Positions 25,101 through 38,316 of a stretch of 64,000 bases of DNA are shown one piece after another. Within the stretch, counting starts at the first letter, position 1, and each line of letters begins with the position of its first letter. Under the pieces are notes generated by a model that worked only from the letters and a program-made list of their open reading frames with translations, searched no databases and had not been told where the DNA came from. The stretch comes from Yuukianura sp. NJ FZ-2021 (taxonomy: Eukaryota): positions 1,054,001 through 1,118,000 of the forward strand of contig CM102283.1 of assembly GCA_046563655.1 (NCBI GenBank), read 5' to 3'. The position numbers and the translations under genes are program-made.

Positions 25101-28100
25101 CATGTCCTGTGCCACTTCGCTGTTATAATTTGAGTTCCACATGTCACCACATGCGTGTATTTTTAGGATTATGAGACTGACCAACAATGGAAAACCGCCC
25201 ATATATGCCTGAAATGAGACATAACTGCACTAGCAACATAACCCTTTACAAATTTGCCTGTGCATAAATTTTTTCAATACAAGTTTGAGGACCATGTCCT
25301 GTGCCACTTCGCTGTTATAATTTGAGTTCCACATGTCACCACATGCCTGTATTTTCAGGATTATGAGACTGACCAACAATTGAAAACCGCCCATATATGC
25401 CTGAAATGAGACATAACTGCATTACCAACTTGGCGCTTTACAAATTCCTCTGTGCATAAATTTTTTTCAATACAAGTTTGAGGACCATGTCCTGTGCCAC
25501 TTCGCTGTTATAATTTGAGTTCCACGTGTCACCACATGCCTGTATTTTCAGGATTATGAGACTGACCAACAATTGAGAACCGCCCATATATGCCTGAAAT
25601 GAGACATAACTGCATTACCAACTTGGCGCTTTACAAATTCCTCTGTGCATAAATTTTTTCAATACAAGTTTGAGGACCATGTCCTGTGCCACTTCGCTGT
25701 TATAATTTGAGTTCCAGATGTCACCACATGCCTGTATTTTCAGGATTATGAGACTGACCAACAATGGAAAACCGCCTATATATGCCTGAAATGAGACATA
25801 ACTGCATTACCAACTTGGCGCTTTACAAATTCAGTTGTGCATAAATTTTTTTCAATACAAGTTTGAGGACCATGTCCTGTGCCACTTCGCTGTTATAATT
25901 TGAGTTCCAGATGTCACCACATGCCTGTATTTTCAGGATTATGAGACTGACCAACAATTGAAAACCGCCCATATATGCCTGAAATGAGACATAACTGCAT
26001 TACCAACTTGGCGCTTTATAAATTCCTCTGTGCATAATTTTTTTTCAATACAAGTTTGAGGACCATGTCCTGTGCCACTTCGCTGTTATAATTTGAGTTC
26101 CAGATGTCACCACATGCCTGTATTTTCAGGATTATGAGACTGGCCAACAATTGAAAACCGCCCATATATGCCTGAAATGAGACATAACTGCATTACCAAC
26201 TTGGCGCTTTATAAATTCCTCTGTGCAAAAATTTTTTTCAATACAAGTTTGAGGACCATGTCCTGTGCCACTTCGCTGTTATAATTTGAGTTCCACATGT
26301 CACCACATGCCTGTATTTTCAGGATTATGAGACTGACCAACAATGGAAAACCGCCCATATATGCCTGAAATGAGACATAACTGCATTACCAACTTGGCGC
26401 TTTACAAATTTGCCTGTGCATAAATTTTTTCAATACAAGTTTGAGGACCATGTCCTGTGCCACTTCGCTGTTATAATTTGAGTTCCACATGTCACCACAT
26501 GCCTGTATTTTCAGGATTATGAGACTGACCAACAATGGAAAACCGCCCATATATGCCTGAAATGAGGCATAACTGCATTACCAACTTGGCGCTTTACAAA
26601 TTCCTCTGTGCATAAATTTTTTCAATACAAGTTTGAGGACCATGTCCTGTGCCACTTCGCTGTTATAATTTGAGTTGCAGATGTCACCACATGCCTGTAT
26701 TTTCAGGATTATGAGACTGACCAACAATTGAAAACCGCCCATATATGCCTGAAATGAGACATAACTGCATTACCAACTTGGTGCTTTACAATTTCCTCTG
26801 TGCATAAATTTTTTTCAATACAAGTTTGAGGACCATGTCCTGTGCCACTTCGCTGTTATAATTTGAGTTCCAGATGTCACCACATGCCTGTATTTTCAGG
26901 ATTATGAGACTGACCAACAATGGAAAACCGCCCATATATGCCTGAAATGAGACATAACTGCATTACCAACTTGGCGCTTTACAAATGCCTCTGTGCATAA
27001 ATTTTTTTCAATACAAGTTTGAGGACCATGTCCTGTGCCACTTCGCTGTTATAATTTGAGTTGCAGATGTCACCACATGCCTGTATTTTCAAAATTATGA
27101 CACTGACCAACAATGGAAAACCGCCCATATATGCCTGAAATGAGACATAACTGCATTACCAACTTGGCGCTTTACAAATTCCTTTGTGCATAAATTTTTT
27201 TCAATACAAGTTTGAGGACCATGTCCTGTGCCACTTCGCTGTTATAATTTGAGTTGCACATGTCACCACATGCCTGTATTTTCAGGATTATGAGACTGAC
27301 CAACAATTGAAAACCGCCCATATATGCCTGAAATGAGACATAACTGCATTACCAACTTGGCGCTTTATAAATTCCTCTGTGCATAATTTTTTTTCAATAC
27401 AAGTTTGAGGACCATGTCCTGTGCCACTTCGCTGTTATAATTTGAGTTCCAGATGTCACCACATGCCTGTATTTTCAGGATTATGAGACTGACCAACAAT
27501 GGAAAACCGCCCATATATGCCTGAAATGAGACATAACTGCATTACCAACTTGGCGCTTTACAAATGCCTCTGTGCATAAATTTTTTCAATACAAGTTTGA
27601 GGACCATGTCCTGTGCCACTTCGCTGTTATAATTTGAGTTGCAGATGTCACCACATGCCTGTATTTTCAGGATTATGACACTGACCAACAAAGGAAAACC
27701 GCCCATATATGCCTGAAATGAGACATAACTGCATTACCAACTTGGCGCTTTACATATTCCTTTGTGCATAAATTTTTTCAATACAAGTTTGAGGACCATG
27801 TCCTGTGCCACTTCGCTGTTATAATTTGAGTTGCACATGTCACCACATGCCTGTATTTTCAGGATTATGAGACTGACCAACAATTGAAAACCGCCCATAT
27901 ATGCCTGAAATGAGACATAACTGCATTACCAACTTGGCGCTTTACAAATTCCTCTGTGCATAAATTTTTTCAATACAAGTTTGAGGACCATGTCCTGTGC
28001 CACTTCGCTGTTATAATTTGAGTTCCAGATGTCACCACATGCCTGTATTTTCAGGATTATGAGACTGACCAACAATGGAAAACCGCCCATATATGCCTGA

Positions 28101-28264
28101 AATGAGACATAACTGCATTACCAACTTGGCGCTTTACAAATTCCGTTGTGCATAAATTTTTTTCAATACAAGTTTGAGGACCATGTCCTGTGCCACTTCG
28201 CTGTTATAATTTGAGTTGCACATGTCACCACATGCCTGTATTTTCAGGATTATGAGACTGACCA
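16156..28264. repeat. 193-bp satellite array, right part (~63 monomers)
   Basis: Same monomer as 2077-3764 (192-194 bp, variable T-run), head-to-tail with no spacers. Confidence 0.97.
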
Positions 28265-28273
28265 TCCTACCTG

Positions 28274-28561
28274 ATGTCCATCCCTAGTTACACTTTTACT
28301 CTTTTTTTAATAAGTACATCAATTTCGTCGTTAAACACAACTTCCACTTCGACGTCACCAATCAGTCACTGGACCATGGAAGTTTTTTTCTTCAGTGCCT
28401 CTATTTACTTGATCGCTTCTGACTATCAATCAGTGTTCCGCCTGCTGTTTTCCGTCGTACTGATCTCTCCTAGTTTAACAACTGCTGTCATGGTTACAGC
28501 CTTTCCAAGAAGTGGGGTACTTCTCGTCCAACTGTACAAGTGGTTCAAAGACAATCGCTGA
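28274..28561 (+). pseudogene. MGGNYS family copy A2, N-terminus lost next to the satellite
   Basis: ISHWTMEVFF...KWFKDNR aligns with copy A1 and the 3' flank 28562-28915 aligns with 502-840; no MGGNYS start. Confidence 0.55.
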
Positions 28562-29117
28562 TCGCAAGTTAACTACAGCTGTGAAACTCCATGGGCATGG
28601 ATTGTACCTATTCATATCTCTTCCTAAGTTTACCGTCAACTATCACTGATACTCCTCAAAGTTAGTTTTACTTTAATTTAAACCATAATCATAAACTAAC
28701 CGTTAAAGATAATTTTTCGATCTACCAAAAATATCGTGTTTTGCATTTTCGCAAATTACTAAGTACTGTATAGAGTGATAGATTTATCTGATTTATCACT
28801 ATCAAAGCCAATTACTAAAGTAAAATGATACTTTTTTTTCAGAACACTAATAACAGTTGAACTTTAAAGGTTACAAAAAGCGCAGTTTGAACACTCATTT
28901 TAAATCTGGTTTTTAAAGTGTGAAATATTACGTCATCATACAGCACCGTACAGTACAATTTATTGTTTGTTTTAACCAATCACATCGCAAGGTCTAGTTT
29001 TTCGATATTTTACGTTATATTTCATTATAATTACTATTTCTTTAAATTAAATTGTATGGAAACAGAAAACCTTCCGTCACCACTCCGTTTACCTAAGTGA
29101 TCACTCGTGTATTTGAA

Positions 29118-29429
29118 ATGGGTGGAAACTACTCGATGCAACACGCTGTTAAGGGCCCTTTTACGGTCAACGGTTTCGGTAACCTCAGCGGCAGCGTCAA
29201 CATCTACCACAACTTCCGAGTGGAGACTCACTGGACTCTGCAATTCCTCTGCTTCTGCGCCGCATTCCACCTCCTCACTCTCGCACTCAACCAAGCCACG
29301 CTGCTCTGGTCAATGCTTCTCACATCACATCTGCTAACCAGTGTTGTCCAGGTTACGGGCGTCCCAGAAACTGCTGTCCTCCTCTGTGTATTGTGTACAC
29401 TGTACCTGATCTACAAGGGTTGCCGTTGA
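29118..29429 (+). CDS. Small hydrophobic putative membrane protein, MGGNYS family copy B2 (103 aa)
   Basis: MGGNYSMQH...HWTLQFLCFCAAFHLLTLALNQ aligns with A1 at the protein level despite nucleotide divergence. Confidence 0.55.
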   Translation: MGGNYSMQHAVKGPFTVNGFGNLSGSVNIYHNFRVETHWTLQFLCFCAAFHLLTLALNQATLLWSMLLTSHLLTSVVQVTGVPETAVLLCVLCTLYLIYKGCR

Positions 29430-29817
29430 GCCCAATGCATTCTCGATAGTTGTTAAATAAGAAAGTTAACTAATGTACCGTAAATTTCCAAATAATACAC
29501 CCGGTGTACTAATATTGTTTTCGACTTCCAGGGGTGGTGTAGTATTACTACTTAGGGACCCGGTGTACTATTGAAGTACGATGTACTATGTATTAGGAAG
29601 AAGTTCAAACTTTTGAAAATGCAAAAGAAATCAAGAATTGATGTAAACGGGTAGATTTCCCCCTGAATCTGACCCCACGAAATCCAACGTCGATTTTCTA
29701 ATTTTCCAAAAATTTTCTTTCCTTTCACAAACCGCTTTTGAATTTAAGTTTTAAAAAATTCATTTCTTTCTACTTTTTTTAATCTGTGTTCTAATTTGTT
29801 CAAAAGTTTATAAACAG

Positions 29818-30577
<760 letters not shown>

Positions 30578-33307
30578 CTTTTTCAAAAAATGAACTTTTT
30601 TGGAAACGAAAAGTAAATTTTTCAAAAAATGTTTGCTTTGAGTACCATGACTTATGTACTCATGTACTCAGAAAACAGAAAAAAATTCGCCTCAGATTTC
30701 ACCTTGTCTTCTGAAGATTAAAACTTGTTTTGATTTTGATCCAGCAGACTAATGAGGCATCATCATAGTCAATTCTTTAATTGTCATCACATCACCTCAT
30801 TTTGAGGCATCACATCATTGTCCGCACTCTTTAAGCATCATCATCATCATCATCGTCACTTTTTAATCATCATCCCATCATCTTCATCAGCATCGAACTT
30901 AAAAATTTTCAAGTCAGTGAAAATGGATTTTTGATTTTAATCAGGAATGTTATGTAGCAACTAATTTTTTTTATGAGATGGGAGTGAAATCAATATCAAA
31001 CCAATTTTGTAAATGTTCGAAAATTCAAAAAAAAGCAGAGTTTTTTCAGTGTTGTTGGTCATATCAAAATTTCTAAAAATCGAAAGCACATCCAAAATGG
31101 TGATGCTTCCATTTTAGTAATTGACTCTCGAATCCGTTCTGGATACTATTTGAACAAAAGTTCTCCAAAACATCAAAATTCATTGTCCACTGGAAATTAT
31201 TCAACCAATTGGAATCCGTTACTCTCTTGTTCAATTTTCAAATTCACTTTCCCGCATCGCTTCTCTTCAATGTCAAGGTCACTAATCGCTAGAAAATAAC
31301 GCTTACGTTCAAGATCCTCTGGAAGTTGCTGCGACCTAAAAATTGGAAACCGGAGGGACATGCGGAATCAGTGCGCCAAAAATTTCGACTCCAGCAATGT
31401 AATGTCAACTGGAACAAAGTTAGAATTGGAGCCATTTTTGTGTCGAAGTTTTGTTTTCGCTAAAACCCCAAGCGGTTAACATGTAAAAACTAAACCTAAA
31501 CCTAAAATTCAGCTAAACGGTTTACAAACTCTGCCAATGCATATATTTTTAAAAAACAAAGTTGAAAGTCAGTTTCTTTTACTCACGTGTTTTTTTCATC
31601 GATTTATTTTAGTTTTGTGTTTTTTAGAACAACTCAAAGAAGACACAGTAACGAAGTAAGCTGAAGTTCGATCGGTACAAAATTAAAAATTTCCAAGAGT
31701 GAAAGCAAAATCTGAAAATTGCGCAGCTTTATGAAAACTCAAGTCCGTTTTTTTCAATAACACTTCAAGAAATATTCGCCCTTCAAAATTTCCAATTGTA
31801 TTGATGAAAATCAGTTGGCTTTGTAAATAATTTTTTTTAAACTGTTCCTAGGATTGTGCACTTTCAAACTCATTTAGAAAATCTTTTCAACTCAAATTCG
31901 TCTATAGAAAACGACCTAGTAAATGAACTTTTGAATTCCCAAACTAACAATCACTTGCAGTAGCTTTTGAAAATTAAGATTGTAGAAATCTGCTTGTAGA
32001 TTGTAGAAGTGCAATAATCATTGAATGAGTCATTTTGAAACTTCTTGTCCTTTCAGCAACTGGAGGATATATAGCGTATATCTGATGAAAATAATAACTT
32101 ATGAAAAATTCATAATGTGTTATTTGTCCTTTGCGACGTTCACGGATGAGAAATCGCCAGGGCTTTCTTCAATGTGCGACGTTGGAAAAGAAGTGACATA
32201 TCAGCAAAGCGAAGTTAACTGCATTGTCAGCATGTAACCAGTCCATATTACATTACAAAAGAGTAGATAAGACATTTTAAAATGTCCATAATACTAAAAA
32301 CGCCTAACACTGCAAGCACACTGGTGCAAAATCACTAGAAATACACCGTCAACATCTTACATCCGAATTTTACTAAATATTGCAAAAAATTGACCAAAGT
32401 TGTAACAAAATGAGACAGCATAACAAGAAAAAAAATTCAAAAATATTATGGCATGTATCATTGAACAACCAATTCTCCAAGGTTTGTGGAGTAAGAGGTT
32501 TGGGGATTACCTCATGTTATTTCAATTTTGGAACTTTTCATTTCATTGCATCGTAGTCATAACAATACAGCCAATTTTTTAAATTTTGCATACGAATTGG
32601 TACCAATTTTTGTTTTCATTTTGTTTTCTAACAAGTGAAGTAGAGTACTCAACCTCTGAATGAACAGTTAAACAAAATCCACTTTTCGTTGTCAGGGAAC
32701 TTTGCAATTCTCTGTCATAAATGCTAACGTTTGAGAAAATATATCACATACAGTGAAAACAATACATCTTCGTAATGCGGTTATTAAAGATTTGGTATTG
32801 AAACCACTAATCACTGTAGTCAGTTTAATAGCCTATCGACGCGCTTTTAGCGCGGGAACGTAAAAGTGGAGCAAACAAGATTGCAAGCTTTGCGGTGTCG
32901 TTTTCTTCTCAAAAATACAGAATTCCTTGTTAGTTAAGATTGGATTTCAAGGTCTCATAAGGGTACATTGAAGGGTCAACTTTTGTGGCATCTTTCTAAA
33001 AGTACTCCTTTAATCTCTCGCTTCGTGAACGCAACAACTACCAAGAACTCCTTCACAAGTAATAACTTGACTAGTTTTCTGTTGCGATTCCACTGTGCAT
33101 GTGACTTTGGAATTACATTTGAACTGTTTATTGAATTTCAAACAGTTTCGAAGTGCTAACAAGTTAGAAAACATCGAGTAAGAAGAGCTAAGTTTGCCCT
33201 TAGAAACAACGCGTTGCTTCTGGATGAGATGTAAGAAACGAAAAATTCATCTTAATTCATTTTAATAATTTGGTTTCATGATCTTTTTTAATGACAGGGA
33301 GTATTTA

Positions 33308-34424
33308 ATGAGACAAAGCTCATTTCGTCTTGACAAAATCAATGAAATGGATAACATTTTGAAAACTTTTGTGAGACAAAAGCTAACCCCGAGCACGGAG
33401 TACAAGCGAACAGGAAACGAACATGCTGACAAAATATTCAAGTATTTGCAGCAGTTCAACGAGTTCAAAATTGGAAGGACTTTGATTGGAGGAAGCATGG
33501 GGAAAAATACTGCATTGGGTGATGAATTTAACCCTGATTACGATTTGGTCGTTTTTTTGAACCACGAATGCCCGCCATTCAAAGGATTTTTGAACTTTTT
33601 TGACAAAAAGTTCCAAGCGGAAGGAAAGAAGGCATTTGGTCAAGATTTTGTTTTTGGAAGAGCAACAGAATTTGGATTGCAATTTGAAATTGGAATTTAC
33701 AAGTTCGATTTGCTTCCTGCCGTGAACTTTGAAGTCGGATCAGGAAAAAAACAAATCTTCCATACTCTTAGGGCGATTGAAGCATGTCGAAAGCCTTCCT
33801 CCAAAAAATCAGGCGGCGTATTTAGTTCCAGTTTGCAGGAGTACGCTGTCAGCTTCGTTCTTGGATTTCCCGAATTTGTTCACGATGTCATTCGACTGGC
33901 TAAATACTGGAACAAGCAAGTTCCTATTAGCAAGGACGTCTACATTCCGGGGAGGTCAACAATGATAGAACTCATTGCAATTCATGCAAACGTGCGCAAA
34001 AAGAAGAAACACTTGCTGACAGGATTTAAGCGTTTCTTGGTCGCCATGACCACCGTGGATTCGATTGAAATCTGGTTCGGTGCTTTCTATCCTGAATGTG
34101 CCATTGGTAATTTGTTTGCTTAGTTTATCACTCATGAACGCTGTTTATTTTATTGTTAATAACTTTTTGGTATAACTGTTTTCTGTAGCTGGAACAAAGA
34201 TGAAGTCAGGAATGCCGTTGGTTATGGATCCAGCGAATCCGCACAATAATATTTCGCATGAGCTGGGAAAGGAAACGACAGAAATGCGGGAAGCTTTGAA
34301 TGCGTTCATGAACAAAGCACAAGAAACTCTCGGAAATCTGGACAAATTAGCCATAGGTTGGACTGTTGAACAATGTTGCCAACGCACTCCACTTCCAGCG
34401 CTTGGACGACTATCGATTCATTGA
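33308..34424 (+). CDS. OAS: 2'-5' oligoadenylate synthetase-like nucleotidyltransferase (exons ~33308-34106, 34189-34424)
   Basis: GGSMGKNTAL...DYDLVVF, third Asp in FDLLPA, VIRLAKYW, PLVMDPANPHNN; phase-1 GT-AG intron joins in frame; the start could instead be an ATG split by an intron at 33231-33297. Confidence 0.85.
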
Positions 34425-35209
34425 ATTTATTGTGACTTACACCCATTAATATGCTGTTACTCCCGTCGTAAATTTGACGTCCTGTATAACACAAACAAAA
34501 AATAGAAATTAAGAAAAATATAAACAAAGCGTTTCTTTTTGTTTCCATCATTATGGTTTCTGGTTTATCCTGACAAAGATTCCCGAATGACAATAGTTAA
34601 CTTTTTTTTATCAACAATATACGATAAAATCAGTTTTTCTTACTAACTAAGCATAATATATATAATATAAAATGTATAACTGGGCATATAACTGAGTGTC
34701 TCAAAGTGATATTTCGTCAGCTAAAATTCGATCTGATCCAAATGTTAAGCTGTTTTCAGTCGTGACTAAAATTCACAATGCAACGCAACTTGCACATTTT
34801 CTGCTTGTTGTAATTTCTCACAGATTTGTTTATGCAAGAGATATAGTTTATTAAAAAAAATATATGCCTTATTTTTCATTGTTCTTTTATTGTTGATGTC
34901 ATGTTAGTTTCAGTTATTTTACTTATGTCACTAATAATGCCTAGCTGCATAAAAATTATTCATATTAATTAATTAATTAAGCGTTCAAATCATTCCCGTA
35001 AAATGATGTCAATTAATTGAGGTACTTTAAACGGTAGTTTATACGCACTTGTCTCAAAGCTAGACCACTACGCGTGAGAGTTTCAATGACTATAATTAGG
35101 ATGGATCATGCATGGAATGAGAGTCAGGGTCATTTTTTTTTTCAAGATAGGTCAAAGATCACTTTGCGACTTGTAAGATTTTGTGTTTGGAAATGCAGAC
35201 CATGAAGAT

Positions 35210-36574
35210 ATGATTTCATTTATGCGTTTGCTGGAGAGTCATAAGGGGAACCACATGGCGCCAGTGCTGGATTGTACCGATTTGCCAAAATTCGATAGTC
35301 AAAGTCCCGGATTTCGGTTGTTCAGTGACAATTTGGGTGTGGCACTGCAACAAGAAGGATTTGTGTATTTAGTCAATCACGGTATATCCACGACTACGGT
35401 AGGTTTATTAATCATTTTTAATAATTTTGTATATATTTTTTTTTCCAAAATAGTTTTGTGATTTGAGAAATTTACGTTTCAAGTTGATGTGGTTCTGGTT
35501 CTAGGTTGCTGACCTGTTCGAAAGGTCACAAAAATTTTTTGAGTTGGAGCCAGAGGTCAAACTAAGATGTAAAAAAACTGATCCATTTACAGAAACTTTC
35601 GGATTTGTGCCAGCAGGAACAGAGCGGTAGAATTTTTGACATTTTCAAAACATTAAAATTAGAAATTTTGAAAAGTCTGACTTTTTTTTTTCAAAATTTC
35701 TAATTTTTCAGAGCCGCTGAAAGTTCTACGCCAGTGAAAAGTACAGGACTTACAAAACGTGAAGCGTTCGATTTTGATTTGCCGGAGAGGCGGTGTGATG
35801 AGTATGACTTTGCAAGTTATCCAGAAGAAGTTCAAAGTTGGGTTCCAGAAATTGACAAAATCTCGAACCAGTTGAAGGAACTTGCTAAAACAATTTTAGA
35901 AGCAATCGCAACTTTTCTGGATTTGGATCCATCTTTGATTCTGGAAGTCCACAAATCTCTGAATTCCGGCGAGGTCAATGAGGTCACTTCCGGAACAAAG
36001 CTTAGAGCCAGTTACTACATGCCCCTGGATGTACCGTTTCCAGAAGATCGTGAACTGTTTCGACTTCGGATGCATTGTGACTGGGGTTCGCTCACTTTCC
36101 TGTTTCAAGACGAACATTCCGGACTGGAATGTCAGCGCAGCGACAGCGCAGAGTGGGTAGAAGTCAACCCAGTACGGCATTCAATTGTACTCCAACTGGG
36201 TCAGGTCATGGAGACACTTTCTGGAGGACATCTCGTTGCTGCTGTAAGATTATTTAAAAAACTTGAAAAAAAAAACGCTTTACATTTTTTGAAATATGTT
36301 TTTTTCGAAAATGTTCTTTGACCAGCCTCACCGAGTACGTCTAACCAAGAGTAACGCTTACGTGGCTCGACAGACCCTTGCATTTTTCGTACATCCCGAT
36401 GATACCGCACGTTGTCAGCTTCTGGTTCCGCCAAAAGCTGACTGGATTCCACCTCTTGCTGACAACAAAGATCTTACGCATGCGCAGTCCATGGTTAGAA
36501 AACGTCTGCGCACAACCGTCGACGACAAGAAAGAAACAACAGAAGAGAATTTAGAATTCCATCACCGGGGATAG
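35210..36574 (+). CDS. 2-oxoglutarate/Fe(II)-dependent dioxygenase (DIOX_N + 2OG-FeII_Oxy); exons ~35210-35398, 35505-35626, 35712-36243, 36326-36574
   Basis: GFVYLVNHGI, HCDWGSLTFLFQD (HxD), PHRV (distal His), RQTLAFF; all splices keep frame; start codon uncertain. Confidence 0.9.
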
Positions 36575-36742
36575 GCTAAAAATCAAAGCATTTTAAGTAA
36601 CCATCGTCTTGACAACAGGGAATAAAATTTAGTCAATAAAATGATTAAATGTAAAATTGAATCTAAAAAACTTGAATTTTTACTTCTTTGAAAGAATTTT
36701 TTTTTTTTGAAAAACCGCCCAAATTCAAAATTTTGAGGAGAG

Positions 36743-38135
36743 ATGGTGGAGGAAGCAGAGCTGAAGGAGAAACATTTCGAAAGCTGCTTGAGCTTGCCGC
36801 CCGGACTGTGGAGACTCAAACGTCGTCCCTACTTCGGCCGAAACGATGAAGAGCGCAGTGTGCCTTGGGGGTCAAAGTTAACAGAAGAAGATTCTGCGTT
36901 TCACCACGAAGTATTTCAAGAGACTGGCATTACTCTTGTGGATCCAATTGCCAACGGATCATTCTCCACTGTCTGGGTAAGTCAAAGGTCAAGTCCATAA
37001 GTTACCTTCAGTCATATGAATACCTAAACAGTATTTTAAAAACAAATCATAAAAATTCTCAGAAAGCGGAATGGCGTCTGTATGGACTCACCGTGGCAGT
37101 CAAAATTTACGAAAAGGGAAGCGACGACGGTTCGACTGCGATGAAAACTCTAGCAACGGAACTGACTGTTCTGCGATTGGTCAAACATCCGCATCTCATG
37201 TCGTGTTTTGGCAGTTGGGAAACGGAGTTCCGAGTTTACATGGCTCTTGAGTATGTTAGCAACGGTGACCTTCTGAAGTACTTGAAAGTCAATGGACCAG
37301 TGGATGAACAGCGGGGGAAGTTGTGGTTTATCCAATTAGTTTCCGCTATCAAATATCTCCATGACCTCAGAATTGCACATAGGTGAGGTCAAAGGTCAAT
37401 TCAAAAGTGAGCGCGTTAACCTGAAAAAATAACAATTTTGAATCAAATTCAGAGATATCAAATGTGAGAACATTCTGGTGGACCAGAAGCTTAATTTGAA
37501 ATTGACCGATTTCGGATTTTGTACGATGGAAATTCACTGGTGAGTTTTGATTTTTATACCAAATCGAGTTTGACTCAAAAATTTAAATTTTTCTAGAAAT
37601 TCTAATCAATTTTTTTTTAAATTCAAGGGATCAGTCAATTCCAAACTCCGACTGGAGGAAGTACACCGATTTTTGTGGGTCGCAAGCATACTTATGTCCA
37701 GAAATTTTATTGAAGATTCCATACTCACCGCTATTGGCCGACGTGTGGGCGCTGGGCGTCGTGTTATATGCAATCCTCTTTGGAGCATTTCCGTTTGACA
37801 CTGTAAGTAAATGGGTTGACCCAAGAGAGTTGCCGACATCTTGGGAAGTTCCTGGAGACAGACAGGTTTCACCAGAGTGTCTGTATGTCTTCCGTCGAAT
37901 GTTCCTTCTGGAACGTCGTCGTGTCCGGTCGTATGAGTTGGTCCAACTGGATTGGTTCAGAATGTCTTACGACGCAGAACTGGAAGCGGTTCAGCTTCTG
38001 GCTGAGAAGGCTGGAAAAACGCTCAAGGAAATTGCTGAGGAAAGCAAAGTAAAAGAATCGACTTTTGAAAACTTCTGGGGAACTCATCATCCTCATGCAG
38101 AGAAATTTCATAAACACTGTATGCCGTCTGCCTAG
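36743..38135 (+). CDS. TSSK: Testis-specific Ser/Thr kinase-like (CAMK group); exons 36743-36976, 37063-37382, 37453-37539, 37628-38135
   Basis: GSFSTV, VAVK, IAHRDIKCENIL, DFGF, FCGSQAYLCPEIL..IPYSP..ADVWALGV. Confidence 0.85.
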
Positions 38136-38316
38136 AAAAAACTTTCAGACAGACAAAAAAAAGACAGACAAAAGAAAGACAGACAAAAGAAAGACAGACA
38201 AACTTTCAGACGTTAGACAGTGAAACATTTTTATTAAAATATGGTCAAAATTATATATAAGGGTTTTTACGAAATTAAATACTTGAAACGCCGAATACAA
38301 GATCAGAAGTTTATGG

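Noticed and set aside
2077-28264. CRISPR-like array or coding repeat
   Set aside because: Monomers are contiguous with no unique spacers, there are no cas genes, and the context is eukaryotic; short ORFs such as 20159-20386 arise from T-run length variation
30750-31440. Possible degraded minus-strand gene with an Asp-rich (CAT)n tail
   Set aside because: Only ~45-codon open stretches, with no motif I can recognise
35210-36574. Isopenicillin N synthase / beta-lactam cluster
   Set aside because: Only generic DIOX_N/2OG motifs are present; there is no ACV synthetase or other pathway gene in the window
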